From the IMG/VR virus record IMGVR_UViG_3300046523_000117: a DNA stretch of 53,127 nt. One strand, 5' to 3'. Below the pieces are notes generated by a model. The model did not search any database. It was not told the origin of the DNA and was given only the letters and a program-made list of their open reading frames with translations. The translations under genes were made by a program, and so were the position numbers. The stretch comes from a virus. Lineage: Duplodnaviria; Heunggongvirae; Uroviricota; Caudoviricetes. This document shows, in pieces, positions 33,062 to 43,962 of the stretch; the first letter of the stretch is position 1, and each line of letters begins with the position of its first letter.

Positions 33062-33654
33062 TAGTGTGTCTTCCCATCCGCCCAAACTTTTCGTGCAGAG
33101 AAACGTTTGCCGTCTTTGTCCAAGAATTGTTGTGTCGGTAGATAAATTGCGTTGGCCCAATACATCGGATTGATTTCAACCATATGACCCTTGATCCGAG
33201 AACGGATATAGCACTTGATCATTTTCTCAGCACCCGGATAACGTTTAACCGCATCCCAGTTGATTTTGAAATATGCTCTAGGCCCAAGGTTCTTTTGGCT
33301 TAACATCTTTAGAATTTTCTCCATGAAAACCTGTCTGGCCTTCGGCGGGAGATAGTGTAGGTTCAACCCCAATTGGTGGGTTGGTGTTACATCCAACATG
33401 ATGATAAGCGGGAATCGATCCCAGTACGGGAGTGTCTTTTTGTACTTTGCATCATACACATAGGTGTACATCTTCCCAGCCTGTAGCTTAGGGGCGATCT
33501 TGGACTTGGGGATACCTTCTACAGTGTCCTTGAACCATTTGATGCTTTTGTTGTTCTTCTTAGCGTTGGGTAGGGCATCCATTGCAGCCAATGAGGCTCT
33601 AAACTGGGCTACCCTATCCGGTTCTTTACGAACCCGTGTTCTTGTCTCTGCCAT
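33061..33654 (-). CDS. gp2: DNA end protector protein
   Basis: GKMY.YVYDAKYK.TLPYWDRFPLI, GLNLHYLPP. Confidence 0.93.
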   Translation of the reverse strand: MAETRTRVRKEPDRVAQFRASLAAMDALPNAKKNNKSIKWFKDTVEGIPKSKIAPKLQAGKMYTYVYDAKYKKTLPYWDRFPLIIMLDVTPTHQLGLNLHYLPPKARQVFMEKILKMLSQKNLGPRAYFKINWDAVKRYPGAEKMIKCYIRSRIKGHMVEINPMYWANAIYLPTQQFLDKDGKRFSARKVWADGKTH

Positions 33655-34124
33655 TATGTTGTCAGAATCCCATATTTGCGGAGTGCTTTTTCGGTCAGCA
33701 CTTTGAATATCCAACTGCGTTCATCTGCGAACTTTTTCGCTGCGATCCACTTAGCCTTGTTTTTCTGGTAAGTGAATACCTCTTCTAGATGTCGCGCCTT
33801 GGAGGCTGGGGTAACTCGTTTTGGGGGGATCGGAATTTGTGTTTGTGCATAAGGTTTAACCTCCCACAAATATACAATTCCATTTTCAAATTCAACCCAG
33901 AAGTCGATGAAGTATCTGTGATTTTTCTGATCAAATGTATCTTTATATTGGATTACAACATCCTCAGAATTCCAACGTTTGACCAATGGCGAGAAGTCCA
34001 GCCACTTCATTACGGCAAGTTCCCATGAACTGCGGTAGTGAACTTTCTCTATGTTGCCCTTGTATTTGTTTCTATTAGTCGGTGCATATCTCCCCCGATA
34101 AGTACCGGATTGCGAACCCGCCAT
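33654..34124 (-). CDS. gp4: Head completion nuclease
   Basis: Y.GRY.P.N..KYKG, YRSSWE, HRYF.DF, EVKP (TnsA-like). Confidence 0.93.
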   Translation of the reverse strand: MAGSQSGTYRGRYAPTNRNKYKGNIEKVHYRSSWELAVMKWLDFSPLVKRWNSEDVVIQYKDTFDQKNHRYFIDFWVEFENGIVYLWEVKPYAQTQIPIPPKRVTPASKARHLEEVFTYQKNKAKWIAAKKFADERSWIFKVLTEKALRKYGILTT

Positions 34125-34173
34125 ATACAACCTCATAAATACTATATTATTACTTATTTACTATGGTGAATTT

Positions 34174-35067
34174 ATGGCTACAATTTTACCAACCCCAAAT
34201 CAGGCTGCGGGCTGGGCAGCGGGGAAAGTCCAATCCGGTTGGGATTCGATTACAGGTATGCTTGGTGGTTCGGGAAACGGCACCAGCAAAACTAAAGGTA
34301 TTTGGAAATTTCCAAATACCTTACAAGGAACCCACCACACTTCCCGCCTAGTCTTTAATGCAACAGATGCTATTCAGGGTAACGAAGAAGGTTCCCGTCG
34401 ATCTGAAATTTTCGGTGGCCTAACAAGATTAAGAGAAAAGAATATCGGCGCTGTGTTCCTGTATATGCCGGAACTAGAAACGTCCTATACCCAGAATTAC
34501 AACGAGGACGGTCGGGGGTTACTATGGGTACTGAATAACGCCATTCAAAACGGTGGTGGATACGACAACCTGTTCGGTCAAGCCGGTGTTGAAGGTGCCA
34601 AAGCTGTACTTGGGTACGAATTAGATAAACATGCTCCAAGTTTGATGAAAGACTTCGGCAGATCGGTTCGGAACAAACACAACTCTGCGAACTTCACCGG
34701 TACAGCACTGCGTAAACAGGCATTCACCTTTGATTTACGCCCGCGTAACAAGGAAGAATTGATCCAAATTGCTGGTATCATCAAATTCTTCAAGTCGAAT
34801 TCCGCGACCAGTTTGGTGTCAAACGATTATATTCGTGTACCAAGTCGTTGGTATATCGAGGAAGTACAGGCGTCAGGTATTTCAAACCGTATTATTCCAC
34901 CATTCAAGTTTGGCCCTTGCTTCCTGACTAACATTGAAATCGACTATACCCCAGATGGTATGTGGAAAAGTTTTGAAAATGGTGACCCAATCGCATTGAA
35001 ACTGAAATTGGAATTCATGGAAAACACCATTGTAACCCGCGAAGACATTCAGGATTTCAATCTATGA
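34174..35067 (+). CDS. gp48: Baseplate tail tube cap
   Basis: R...FTFDL.PRN..E, FGPC.LT.I..DYTPDG, LEF.E. Confidence 0.88.
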   Translation: MATILPTPNQAAGWAAGKVQSGWDSITGMLGGSGNGTSKTKGIWKFPNTLQGTHHTSRLVFNATDAIQGNEEGSRRSEIFGGLTRLREKNIGAVFLYMPELETSYTQNYNEDGRGLLWVLNNAIQNGGGYDNLFGQAGVEGAKAVLGYELDKHAPSLMKDFGRSVRNKHNSANFTGTALRKQAFTFDLRPRNKEELIQIAGIIKFFKSNSATSLVSNDYIRVPSRWYIEEVQASGISNRIIPPFKFGPCFLTNIEIDYTPDGMWKSFENGDPIALKLKLEFMENTIVTREDIQDFNL

Positions 35068-35687
35068 TTTTAAATAAATTCGGGACCGCGCAATACGGTG
35101 ACTATCTACTTCCAAATCTATTCGTGGATTTGGGATTGACCTATAGTCAGATTAAACACATGTTTGTTCATCGTCAGTACACGATCACCGGTGCCCCTCG
35201 CCCAGAACAGCTCGCACACCGCCTGTACGGGGATTCAAATCTGGAATGGGTTCTGCTACTGGTTAATGGGATCATCGATCCTTGGCATGGCTGGATTCGT
35301 CAGGACGATACTGTTCGGGCATACGCGGAAAAGAAATACAAAGATTTCGGCGGTGCCGATGGTGTTCATCATCATCTTGACCCGAAAACTGGTGATAAGT
35401 ATTTCAATGTGATTCCAGAAACGGGTGTCACTTTCTATTATGATGGTTCCGAAACATATGATGGTAGAATCAGAAACAATAGTGTTGACCCAGCCAACAT
35501 CAAGTGGTTCAACAAATACGATACCGCTTTGGAACACATCCAGTTTATCGGAGATTTGATCCCGATAACTAACGTTGAACATGAAATTGATAAGAATGAA
35601 GCACTGCGAAAAATTCTTATTATCCGACCGGAGGATGTCCGGGTGTTTGTTGACGCATTTGTGAGTAAGCAGAATGGGCGTACCTAA
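35064..35687 (+). CDS. gp53: Baseplate wedge protein (LysM-like)
   Basis: RPEQLAHRLYGD..L.WV.LL.N.I.DP. Confidence 0.92.
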   Translation: MILNKFGTAQYGDYLLPNLFVDLGLTYSQIKHMFVHRQYTITGAPRPEQLAHRLYGDSNLEWVLLLVNGIIDPWHGWIRQDDTVRAYAEKKYKDFGGADGVHHHLDPKTGDKYFNVIPETGVTFYYDGSETYDGRIRNNSVDPANIKWFNKYDTALEHIQFIGDLIPITNVEHEIDKNEALRKILIIRPEDVRVFVDAFVSKQNGRT

Positions 35688-36906
35688 TGGTTTAAACCAA
35701 CCACAAAATTCCCACATCATCAAATACATCAATCTGATTAACTTTCAAGATAGCAAGTATGACATTTCAAGAGTCATGCAAAAGCTAACAATCTTTGAAA
35801 ACATGGTAGGGAAACAACCCTACCAACATGGAACGATTTCAGTAATTGATGATAACGGGTTGCATATCAACTTACCGATTGTGGGTCAGGAATGGTTGGA
35901 AGTATCATTTCAGACCCGCGTAGATGGTGGTGCGGTTGGTGAAGCGGAATATGTGAAGCGTTATAAGATCACTCAAATCTATAACCTACAGAAACAAAAA
36001 GACAACAACAACCAAGCATTGGTTATGGATTTTGTATCGGAAGGCTTCTGGAAATCTGAATCGAATCTATTTTCCAAGTCTTATAAACAAGCTGTTACCT
36101 CCGATATCGTTACCGATATCATGGAAAACGGACTTGGGTTGAAAGTCGAAGTCGAACCTACGCTGTATCCGCGTGATTGGATCATTCCAAACACAACTGG
36201 AATTGATTTTATCTACCGTCTCACAAACGAATCGACTAGCAAAGACAATCTGTCAAGCGACTATAGGTTGTTTGAGAACATTTCCGGTTGGCACTTCAAA
36301 TCCATGTACACATTGGGTAAAGCTGAATTCAAGAAGCGATTGAACGCCAACATCGACAACATTTCTCAATTTGATCGAATGAAGGCCGATGCAGTTTCGA
36401 AAGACGTACACTTTGATCTGCATGACCGGATCGAAGGTGGATATCAGATCACGATTGACGAAATTGATACAATTGAGAAGCGGGCTGTAAATTCTCAGAT
36501 TGGGTATGATGATTATGTCACTGCATTCCCAACCATGAACCCGGAAAAGATTTACGTTGGTAAGGTTGCCCCTGAGTATCCAAAAGATATGCACTACCGA
36601 GTGCTACCGGGCAATTCTGTATATGATTCAAACCGCGACTCTCAGGTTAACCAGAGATTGAAGCGGATTATGAGTAGATCACTGTTGAATTCCACGGAAA
36701 TGACTCTAAAGATTCCGGGAAACATTGATTTGCAACTTGGTGATACTGTTTATTTCGATTTCAAATATGAAGACATGATTGATCACACTAGTTCGGGTAA
36801 GTATCTGCTTTGTCAAATTAAGCATGAGATTACCATGAAAGATTATCACATGATCGTAAATATTCGAAAAGAATCGAATATCAAAGGTGATAAAATTGAA
36901 GAGTAA
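35674..36906 (+). CDS. gp27: Baseplate hub protein
   Basis: D..GL...LPI.G.E, FEN..G.HFKS, IPGN..L.LGD, SGKYL...IKH; upstream of gp5. Confidence 0.8.
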   Translation: MGVPNGLNQPQNSHIIKYINLINFQDSKYDISRVMQKLTIFENMVGKQPYQHGTISVIDDNGLHINLPIVGQEWLEVSFQTRVDGGAVGEAEYVKRYKITQIYNLQKQKDNNNQALVMDFVSEGFWKSESNLFSKSYKQAVTSDIVTDIMENGLGLKVEVEPTLYPRDWIIPNTTGIDFIYRLTNESTSKDNLSSDYRLFENISGWHFKSMYTLGKAEFKKRLNANIDNISQFDRMKADAVSKDVHFDLHDRIEGGYQITIDEIDTIEKRAVNSQIGYDDYVTAFPTMNPEKIYVGKVAPEYPKDMHYRVLPGNSVYDSNRDSQVNQRLKRIMSRSLLNSTEMTLKIPGNIDLQLGDTVYFDFKYEDMIDHTSSGKYLLCQIKHEITMKDYHMIVNIRKESNIKGDKIEE

Positions 36907-38158
36907 GACACAATTCGAGCTGAATTGGTTTTTCGGGAAAGTTGAAGCCAGAAATGACCCCCTTGAAATGGGTAGACTGCGCGTCCGGGTCTACGGCTGC
37001 CACACCGCCGACAAAGTAAAAGACCAATTCAAGGGAATCCCGACCAACGAACTGTTATGGGCACAAACCATCAACAGCGTGCAGTCGGCTTCCGTAAGTG
37101 GTGTAGGTCTATCTCCAAATGGCCCTGTAGAGGGTTCTATGGTGTTTGGGTTCTTCTTGGACGGCCATCTGTGCCAGCTCCCGTATATCATGGGAACAAT
37201 TGATGGTATCCCAGTAGCGGCTGCCGACAAGACCCAAGGGTTTAACGATCCGAAAGGTTTGTATCCAAAGTATTTGAACGAACCGGATCTAAACCGTCTG
37301 GCACGTTCTGCTTTCAGAACCCACGCTGGGCTTGTAGCCAAGATGGCCGGTCGGATTACGGGTATCCCAACCGCTATGGATAACGTGGCTGGTACGGGGG
37401 TTCTGGGGTCTACAAACACCCTTGGGCCGAAGTGGGACGAACCAGCCCCGGCGAACAACACCCAGTACCCATATAACCATGTTCGAGAAACCGAATCGGG
37501 TCATGTTGAAGAATATGATGATACTCCCGGTGCGGAAAGAATGCATTGGATGCATGGTACTACCGGAACCTATGAAGAATGGCAACCGGATGGAACGGTT
37601 TCCCAAAAGGTTACCGGTGATTCAATCGCTATTGTAGTCGGTGACCGCAAGATTCTAGTTGGTTCAAACCAGCAAATCACTATTATCGGTAATGCAAAGC
37701 TTCTGGTTCAAGGAAACGTGCAGGAACAGGTTAATGGAAACGTAACCAGATTGATCAAGGGTAACCTATCTGAAAAGATTGAAGGTAACTACGCCCGCGA
37801 TGTTTTGGGTGAATCGTTCACAAACAGCCAAGGTAACGTAATACAACGCGATGGCTCCAACAGAACAGAAGTTGTCGCCCTAAACAAAACCGAATCGATT
37901 GGTGCAAACAACTCTCTACAAATCGGTGCTACAAATTCGGTTCAATGTTTGGGTGATTGGACACAGACCGCCGCTACCAACTTCACCCATATTACCGGTG
38001 GTAAAAGAACCGATATGGTTGGTGGTAACTACGGGATCAACGTTTCGTCTGCATATGGCCTAGCCTGTGCGACATTCAGTGTTGGTGTTTCTGGGGCCGC
38101 AACAATTGATGCAACTGGTCCAACCGCGATTCTCGGTTCCCGGATCGATTTAAACTAA
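36887..38158 (+). CDS. gp5: Baseplate central spike (OB fold + beta-helix, no lysozyme domain)
   Basis: WFFG.VE.R.DPL..GR.RVR, YPYNHV.ETESGH..EYDDTPG.ER, VxGN repeats. Confidence 0.92.
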   Translation: MIKLKSKTQFELNWFFGKVEARNDPLEMGRLRVRVYGCHTADKVKDQFKGIPTNELLWAQTINSVQSASVSGVGLSPNGPVEGSMVFGFFLDGHLCQLPYIMGTIDGIPVAAADKTQGFNDPKGLYPKYLNEPDLNRLARSAFRTHAGLVAKMAGRITGIPTAMDNVAGTGVLGSTNTLGPKWDEPAPANNTQYPYNHVRETESGHVEEYDDTPGAERMHWMHGTTGTYEEWQPDGTVSQKVTGDSIAIVVGDRKILVGSNQQITIIGNAKLLVQGNVQEQVNGNVTRLIKGNLSEKIEGNYARDVLGESFTNSQGNVIQRDGSNRTEVVALNKTESIGANNSLQIGATNSVQCLGDWTQTAATNFTHITGGKRTDMVGGNYGINVSSAYGLACATFSVGVSGAATIDATGPTAILGSRIDLN

Positions 38159-38166
38159 GGTGATTT

Positions 38167-38760
38167 ATGTCAGCTTGTAAAAATTTAGACAACTTACTTG
38201 AATCGGTAGAATCGGCGGCTAGTAAAGCAGTAGATGGGATTGTTGGTACGATTACCAACAATCCTACAGCGGGAACCGCCGCCGCCATCGGTGCCAAGAT
38301 TAGTTCTGCTATAAATACCGTTAAAGCCGAGGCCGAAGAAGCCATTGCCGCCGCTAAGGGTGCAGTGGCTAATTTTGAGAAAACTTTGATGGAATTTGCC
38401 GAAGAAGCTCAGGCTCAAATCGCAGATATCCAACAACAAATGATTGGGGCAACCCAAGAAGTGATTGCTCAATTGCAAGCACAAATTGATGAAATAAAAG
38501 CTGAAATTGATTCCAAAATTCCAGCATGGATGCACAAAACCCCAGAAGAATTGCTACAAGATGTAATAAGTGGGATATGTGATCCAAATGTTGATGGGAT
38601 GGTGGTTCCAGAAGAAGGGACTGCAAAAACGATACAACCAGCCACCGCCCCGTCGATAAATCCGGGTCCGAGTCCTATTGAAACTTTTGCTGCCCCTGCC
38701 AAACCGCCTATTAACACAAACCCAATCATACCAGATCCAGAAACAGGTGTAACTCTTTAA
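38167..38760 (+). CDS. Hypothetical helical protein with Pro-rich tail
   Basis: ORF between gp5 and PAAR gene. Confidence 0.7.
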   Translation: MSACKNLDNLLESVESAASKAVDGIVGTITNNPTAGTAAAIGAKISSAINTVKAEAEEAIAAAKGAVANFEKTLMEFAEEAQAQIADIQQQMIGATQEVIAQLQAQIDEIKAEIDSKIPAWMHKTPEELLQDVISGICDPNVDGMVVPEEGTAKTIQPATAPSINPGPSPIETFAAPAKPPINTNPIIPDPETGVTL

Positions 38761-39767
38761 TGACTAATATAGCCAGAATTGGCGACACATGTGTTCCGGG
38801 GCCGAACGGTGGTATACCTACCGTCGCTCTAACCGGTTCACCAACTGTCAATGCCAACCTATTACCGGTTCACCGGGTAGATGATTCGTGGGTTTTGCCT
38901 AATCCAAACCATAAAACTTCTACAGGTTCACCGACAGTGTTCGTTAATCAGAAGCCAGTTGCTAGGGTATTTGATGAAACCAATATCGGGTCTATTATCA
39001 ACGTGGGGTCACCTACGGTGTATGCAAACGAAGCGTTTGTAACGGTGTTTGGCGTCACCATGCCTTCAAACCAGAATTCGTTCAAGAACGCCGAACCCCT
39101 GATTAACAACGTTGGGCATTCAGGTATCGATGATGAATTTGAAGTAAATTCTGGATCGCCTGTCTACCCACCGCTGCCACAAGTTACACCACCGACACCT
39201 ATCCCGGTAGAAGTACCGATTGCTGTAGAAGACGATGTGAAACCACCAGAGCCACCAAGTACCCCAGTTTCAGACTGTTCCATGATTACATCACCAATTG
39301 ATTATGATTTTCAATTGAGTGCGAATTTTAAACTGCGTCATCTAAGTATCAACGCATTGTTCCCACATACAATCAAAGCACAAAATGGGTTAACTCAAGC
39401 TCAGATGGTATGTAACTTGAAAGCCCTTGCTGAAAATATTCTGGAACCATTCAAAGCTGCACATGGAAGTTTCCGTATCAACAGTGGATTCAGAACGCAC
39501 CAAAATGGTAAATCGCAACATGAGAAAGGTCAGGCTGTGGATATTCAATTTCCCGGTAAGACATACGATCAAATGTTTGCGATCGCCCAATGGTGTAAAG
39601 ACCATCTGAATTATGATCAATTGCTTTGGGAACATGGGAACGCCCCGTGGATTCATATTTCGTTCAATCAGGCCGGTAACCGACCAAAGAATGCATCAAA
39701 TTCTGTGATGACGATGTATCAAAACCACTATTCATCAGGTTTGAAAAAAATTGCCAGTTATACATAA
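38760..39767 (+). CDS. PAAR (gp5.4-like) domain fused to peptidase M15A-like domain
   Basis: N-term IARIGD, GSPTVFVN.KPVAR repeats; Pro linker; C-term INSGFR, SQHEKGQAVDI, WIHIS Zn-peptidase motifs. Confidence 0.85.
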   Translation: MTNIARIGDTCVPGPNGGIPTVALTGSPTVNANLLPVHRVDDSWVLPNPNHKTSTGSPTVFVNQKPVARVFDETNIGSIINVGSPTVYANEAFVTVFGVTMPSNQNSFKNAEPLINNVGHSGIDDEFEVNSGSPVYPPLPQVTPPTPIPVEVPIAVEDDVKPPEPPSTPVSDCSMITSPIDYDFQLSANFKLRHLSINALFPHTIKAQNGLTQAQMVCNLKALAENILEPFKAAHGSFRINSGFRTHQNGKSQHEKGQAVDIQFPGKTYDQMFAIAQWCKDHLNYDQLLWEHGNAPWIHISFNQAGNRPKNASNSVMTMYQNHYSSGLKKIASYT

Positions 39768-39776
39768 GGAATTAAC

Positions 39777-42700
39777 ATGAGTGAAATACTCGAAAGTAGC
39801 ACATGGGAAAATACGATCTACCGAATCGCGAAAGAAGACCTTGTATTAGGTGGTACACCGATTATCGAGGACAACGTAGTTATTTCAGGTGTTGCTAACG
39901 TTGCCTCACAGCAACTAACCAACCGTACCAATTACCTGAAAGATCGTGCTGATGTATCAGATGGTAATATCAATACTCTGAATACTCAGATGGCAACCGC
40001 AATTACCAATATTGCTACAGCGGCACACCGTCTGGATATCCTTGAACCGGTTGTTTCAACAATTACAGCTAACGTTGTACTTGCAACCGATGATGCCCGT
40101 CAATCGGCAAGTGCTGCTGCTACAAGTGCAACTAATGCCGGTGTAAGTGCAAACCAAGCCGCTGCTTCGGCAACTACAGCCTTAACCGCTGGTCCGAATG
40201 CTGCTGCTGCCGCTGCAAGTGCTACAAGTGCAAGTACAAGTGCAACTAACGCTAATACATCTGCCATCGCGGCTGATATTAGTGCTCAAAGTGCAACTGC
40301 TAGTAAAAATGATGCTGCTACAAGTGCAACATCGGCTTCGGCTTCGGCTTCGAGTGCTGCTACAAGCGCATCCAATGCCAATGCCAATAAAAACGCCGCC
40401 GCTACAAGTGCAACTAACGCTGGGGTGAGTCAAACCGCTGCTGCAATATCAGCATCAGACGCGGCAACATCGGCAACATCGGCAACGGCTAGTAAAAACG
40501 CCGCCGCTACAAGTGCAACTAACGCTGGTAACTCGGCAAGTGCTGCATCTACAAGTCAAACTGCTGCTGCTACAAGTGCAACTAACGCTGGTAACTCGGC
40601 AAGTGCTGCATCTACAAGTGCAACTAATGCCGCCAGCTCAGCTACCGCTTCTGCTGGATCGGCTACTGCTGCATTAGGCAGTGCAAACAATTCGGCAAAC
40701 TCAGCTACTGCTGCATCTACAAGTCAAACTGCTGCTGCCACAAGTGCAACTAATGCCGCCAGCTCAGCTACCGCTGCATCTACAAGTGCTTCTGCGGCTT
40801 CGACGTATGCAACTAACGCTGGTAACTCAGCGACCGCCGCTGCTGGATCGGCAAGTGCTGCTGCTACAAGTGCAACTAACGCTGCTGCATCCGCGACAAC
40901 GGCATCAAATGCCCAGACTACCGTTGCAGCATCTGCGACAACCGCTACGAATGCGGCTACCGCTGCATCTACAAGTCAAACTGCCGCTGCCGGATCGGCT
41001 ACTGCTGCCGCTAGTTCCGCATCTGATGCCGCTGCTAGTGCTGCTGCTGCATTGGCATATTCGGTCCCACATTACAAGGGTTATTTTACTACATATGCCG
41101 CTCTGGTAGCGGGTACAAGTGGGATGGTCGCAGGGGATTACGCGGACGTAGACGCCGGAACTGGTACAGATGCGAAAATGTACATATGGGATACCAACGA
41201 TACTAAGTGGGTAGTTGGTAACGCTCCAGATCCTATGACATCCGCCCAAGTAAAAACGTTATATGAAGCCAACCTGAATACCAACGCCTATACAGATGCT
41301 GAAAAGACTAAGTTAGGTGGTATCGCAGCATCAGCTACATCCAACTCTAGTGACGCTGTACTGTTAGCCCGTGCCAACCATACAGGTACACAGGCGATAA
41401 GCACTGTAGTGGGACTACAGACAGCCATTGACGGTAAAGAACCGGTTATTACTTCCGGTACAACAAGCGGATTTTGGCGTGGTGATAAAGTTTGGACTGA
41501 CTTCGCAACTACAGTTCGTGCAACCATCCTAACCGGACTATCGGTTGCAACTTCAACCGCCACATCAGCGGCTGATACAATTTTGGTAGCGATTGGTAAA
41601 TTACAAGCTCAGATCACAGGACTAAGCACCAGCAAATTAGATGCAACTGCGAACTCCGTATCGGCCACTAAGTTACAAACTGCTCGCACGATCAACAGCG
41701 TATCATTTGATGGTACTGCGAACATTACCATTGCAGACGGAACAAAAGAACCTGTAATTACTGCCGGTACAACCGCACAGTATTGGAAAGGTGACAAATC
41801 TTGGGCAACTCTGGATAAAACTGCGGTTGGTCTTGGAAGCGTCGATAACACAAGCGATGTGAGTAAACCGGTATCAACCGCAGCACAAACCGCCTTGGAT
41901 TCGAAGCAAGATGCGTTGGGGTTCACACCAGTTCAACAAGGTGGTGGTACTGGTCAAGGGACTAATAAAGTATACATTGGTGGTGCCGGGGGTGGGTTAA
42001 AAGCAACCGTCGATTCTACTGATCTTGGTGCATTTGTTTTTGCAGGGGCCAACTCTAGTATTACAAGTCTCACAGGATTGACAACCGCACTATCGGTTGC
42101 GCAGGGCGGTACAGGGACTAACACAGCAACCGGTACTGGTAACGTTGTACTTGCTGCTAGTCCGACTCTGACAGGTACACCGCTGGCCCCTACAGCCACT
42201 GCTGGTACTAACACCACACAACTTGCGACAACTGCTTTTGTAACAAGTGCTGTGGCTGCCGGTGGATCAACACCACCGGGTACTGTTAACTGGTTTGCTA
42301 CAATGGCCGCACCAACTGGGTTCTTGTCTGCAACGGGTGCTGCAATATCCCGTTCTACATACTCGACATTGTTTTCTGCAATAACAGCCCCGGCGACGGG
42401 TACTGTTACATCAGGCAGTGCTGTTATTACATCGGTCCCTAGCACACAGACAATGTGGGTTGGTATGCCAATTAGTGGTCCCGGTATTCCGTTGTCTGCA
42501 ACCATTTTATCTATTGTTGCGAACACCAGCATTACAATGTCGATAAATGCAACTGCTACAACTTCCGGTGCGACACTGGCGATTTGTCCGTTCGGCGTTG
42601 GTGATGGTTCTACAACATTTAATGTTCCAGACCTTCGTGGTCGTACTGCTCGCGGTTGGGATAACGGTGCAGGTGTTGATGTTAACCGTGTATATGGTAG

Positions 42701-42929
42701 TTATCAAGCCGATGCTTATGCGTCACACAACCACGGGGTAACCGATCCGGGTCACTTCCACTCAATGGGTGTAACAACAGGTACGGCGTATACAGCGGGT
42801 GGTGTGTTCAGTGCTATTGCAGGATCTACAAACACCGGGTCTAAGACAACAGGTATTAGTATCAACAACTCCGGTGGTACAGAAACTGTAATGAAAAACC
42901 TTGCACTTCTACCTTGCATTAAATACTAA
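39777..42929 (+). CDS. Tail fibre protein
   Basis: N-term QQLTNRTNYLK anchor, Ala/Ser/Thr coiled repeats, SPTLTGTP.APT motif, tail collar (GDGSTTFNVPDLRG), C-term ET..KN.ALLPCIKY. Confidence 0.92.
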   Translation: MSEILESSTWENTIYRIAKEDLVLGGTPIIEDNVVISGVANVASQQLTNRTNYLKDRADVSDGNINTLNTQMATAITNIATAAHRLDILEPVVSTITANVVLATDDARQSASAAATSATNAGVSANQAAASATTALTAGPNAAAAAASATSASTSATNANTSAIAADISAQSATASKNDAATSATSASASASSAATSASNANANKNAAATSATNAGVSQTAAAISASDAATSATSATASKNAAATSATNAGNSASAASTSQTAAATSATNAGNSASAASTSATNAASSATASAGSATAALGSANNSANSATAASTSQTAAATSATNAASSATAASTSASAASTYATNAGNSATAAAGSASAAATSATNAAASATTASNAQTTVAASATTATNAATAASTSQTAAAGSATAAASSASDAAASAAAALAYSVPHYKGYFTTYAALVAGTSGMVAGDYADVDAGTGTDAKMYIWDTNDTKWVVGNAPDPMTSAQVKTLYEANLNTNAYTDAEKTKLGGIAASATSNSSDAVLLARANHTGTQAISTVVGLQTAIDGKEPVITSGTTSGFWRGDKVWTDFATTVRATILTGLSVATSTATSAADTILVAIGKLQAQITGLSTSKLDATANSVSATKLQTARTINSVSFDGTANITIADGTKEPVITAGTTAQYWKGDKSWATLDKTAVGLGSVDNTSDVSKPVSTAAQTALDSKQDALGFTPVQQGGGTGQGTNKVYIGGAGGGLKATVDSTDLGAFVFAGANSSITSLTGLTTALSVAQGGTGTNTATGTGNVVLAASPTLTGTPLAPTATAGTNTTQLATTAFVTSAVAAGGSTPPGTVNWFATMAAPTGFLSATGAAISRSTYSTLFSAITAPATGTVTSGSAVITSVPSTQTMWVGMPISGPGIPLSATILSIVANTSITMSINATATTSGATLAICPFGVGDGSTTFNVPDLRGRTARGWDNGAGVDVNRVYGSYQADAYASHNHGVTDPGHFHSMGVTTGTAYTAGGVFSAIAGSTNTGSKTTGISINNSGGTETVMKNLALLPCIKY
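40105..41050 (+). repeat. Imperfect coding repeats (GCTGCTACAAGTGCAACTAAC; AATSATNA)
   Basis: Many near-identical units within tail fibre stalk. Confidence 0.85.
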
Positions 42930-42943
42930 CATTTGGATGTATT

Positions 42944-43372
42944 ATGATTGTTTATAGCTATAGTCCGTTTACACTACAATTTAACGGACTCACAAAAGCA
43001 GATGAGTCACCATTGGAGCCGGGTGTGTATCACTACCCGGCCCATACCACGACTATTGCACCGCCAAAGTTTAACCCAACTACACAAGTTTGTCTGTTTA
43101 TTTCAGGTGATTGGGTGGTTGAAGAAATTCCGGCAGAACCACTCCCGGCAGAACCAACACAGGCTGAGATTGAAGAATCTGCGGCGGTAAATGGTCGTGC
43201 ATGGAGAGATAGTGAACTATCGCGTGCCGATATTCAAATTAACATACTCGAAGACAGTTCTATGATGGTTGGGGCTGCGACGGTTTGGCGGGCATATCGA
43301 GTGATATTGCGCAACTGGCCTGCTACTTCGGATTTCCCGGAAACCAAACCAGTTGCACCGGATTGTATGTAA
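42944..43372 (+). CDS. Tail fibre assembly chaperone
   Basis: ADESPLEPG...PA..T..APP; R.WRDSEL...D; WRAYR..LR.WP....FP. Confidence 0.85.
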   Translation: MIVYSYSPFTLQFNGLTKADESPLEPGVYHYPAHTTTIAPPKFNPTTQVCLFISGDWVVEEIPAEPLPAEPTQAEIEESAAVNGRAWRDSELSRADIQINILEDSSMMVGAATVWRAYRVILRNWPATSDFPETKPVAPDCM

Positions 43373-43373
43373 T

Positions 43374-43955
43374 ATGGATTACATCAAAGCCGCACTCCAA
43401 TTTGCATTTCTGCTGGTGTCCAATGTTGTTTTTGATTTGATCGGATTGGTTATGGTTGCAATCGCCTTACCATTTAGAGTTTCCGGTATTAGCGTGTCCG
43501 ATGGGAGAAAGATTATCAATCTCCCTAAATGGGCTTGGTTATGGGGAAATGACTTTGACGGGGTTCAAGGTGATAAACGCGGGTGGTGGGCTGCTAATAC
43601 ACCATTCGGGTGGGATGTAAACGGCTACATGGCAATGTACTGGTGGACTGCGATTCGCAACCCAGCCAATAACATGCGTATGTTGAAATTATATCAAGCA
43701 CCAATTATCGGTAGCACAATCACTTATAAAGGTGATTACAATGTTGCTGATAGGCCGGGTCAAGGTGGTTGGCAATTTGTTAAATTGGTTAGCTCGGAAG
43801 GTCGTGCTTATTATGGGTTCTATCTGGTCAAACAATGGTCACAGACCCGTGCATTTGTTATCAGATTAGGATTCAAAATTTCACCAGCTCAACAGGGGAC
43901 TAATGATCTACCAAAAGGTGGAACTACCAAAATCAACCCTTGGAAATCAATTTAA
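43374..43955 (+). CDS. Conserved phage protein, probable membrane anchor
   Basis: Hydrophobic N-terminus, LP.W..LWGND.DG..GD, W.AIRNPANN. Confidence 0.75.
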   Translation: MDYIKAALQFAFLLVSNVVFDLIGLVMVAIALPFRVSGISVSDGRKIINLPKWAWLWGNDFDGVQGDKRGWWAANTPFGWDVNGYMAMYWWTAIRNPANNMRMLKLYQAPIIGSTITYKGDYNVADRPGQGGWQFVKLVSSEGRAYYGFYLVKQWSQTRAFVIRLGFKISPAQQGTNDLPKGGTTKINPWKSI

Positions 43956-43962
43956 ATAACCT

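Noticed and set aside
33654-34124. TnsA-like transposase or homing endonuclease
   Set aside because: Motifs and position match T4 gp4 head completion protein; no transposon ends
40105-41050. DNA repeats as DGR or mobile element
   Set aside because: In-frame Ala/Ser/Thr coding repeats of a fibre stalk; no reverse transcriptase or template/variable repeat pair seen
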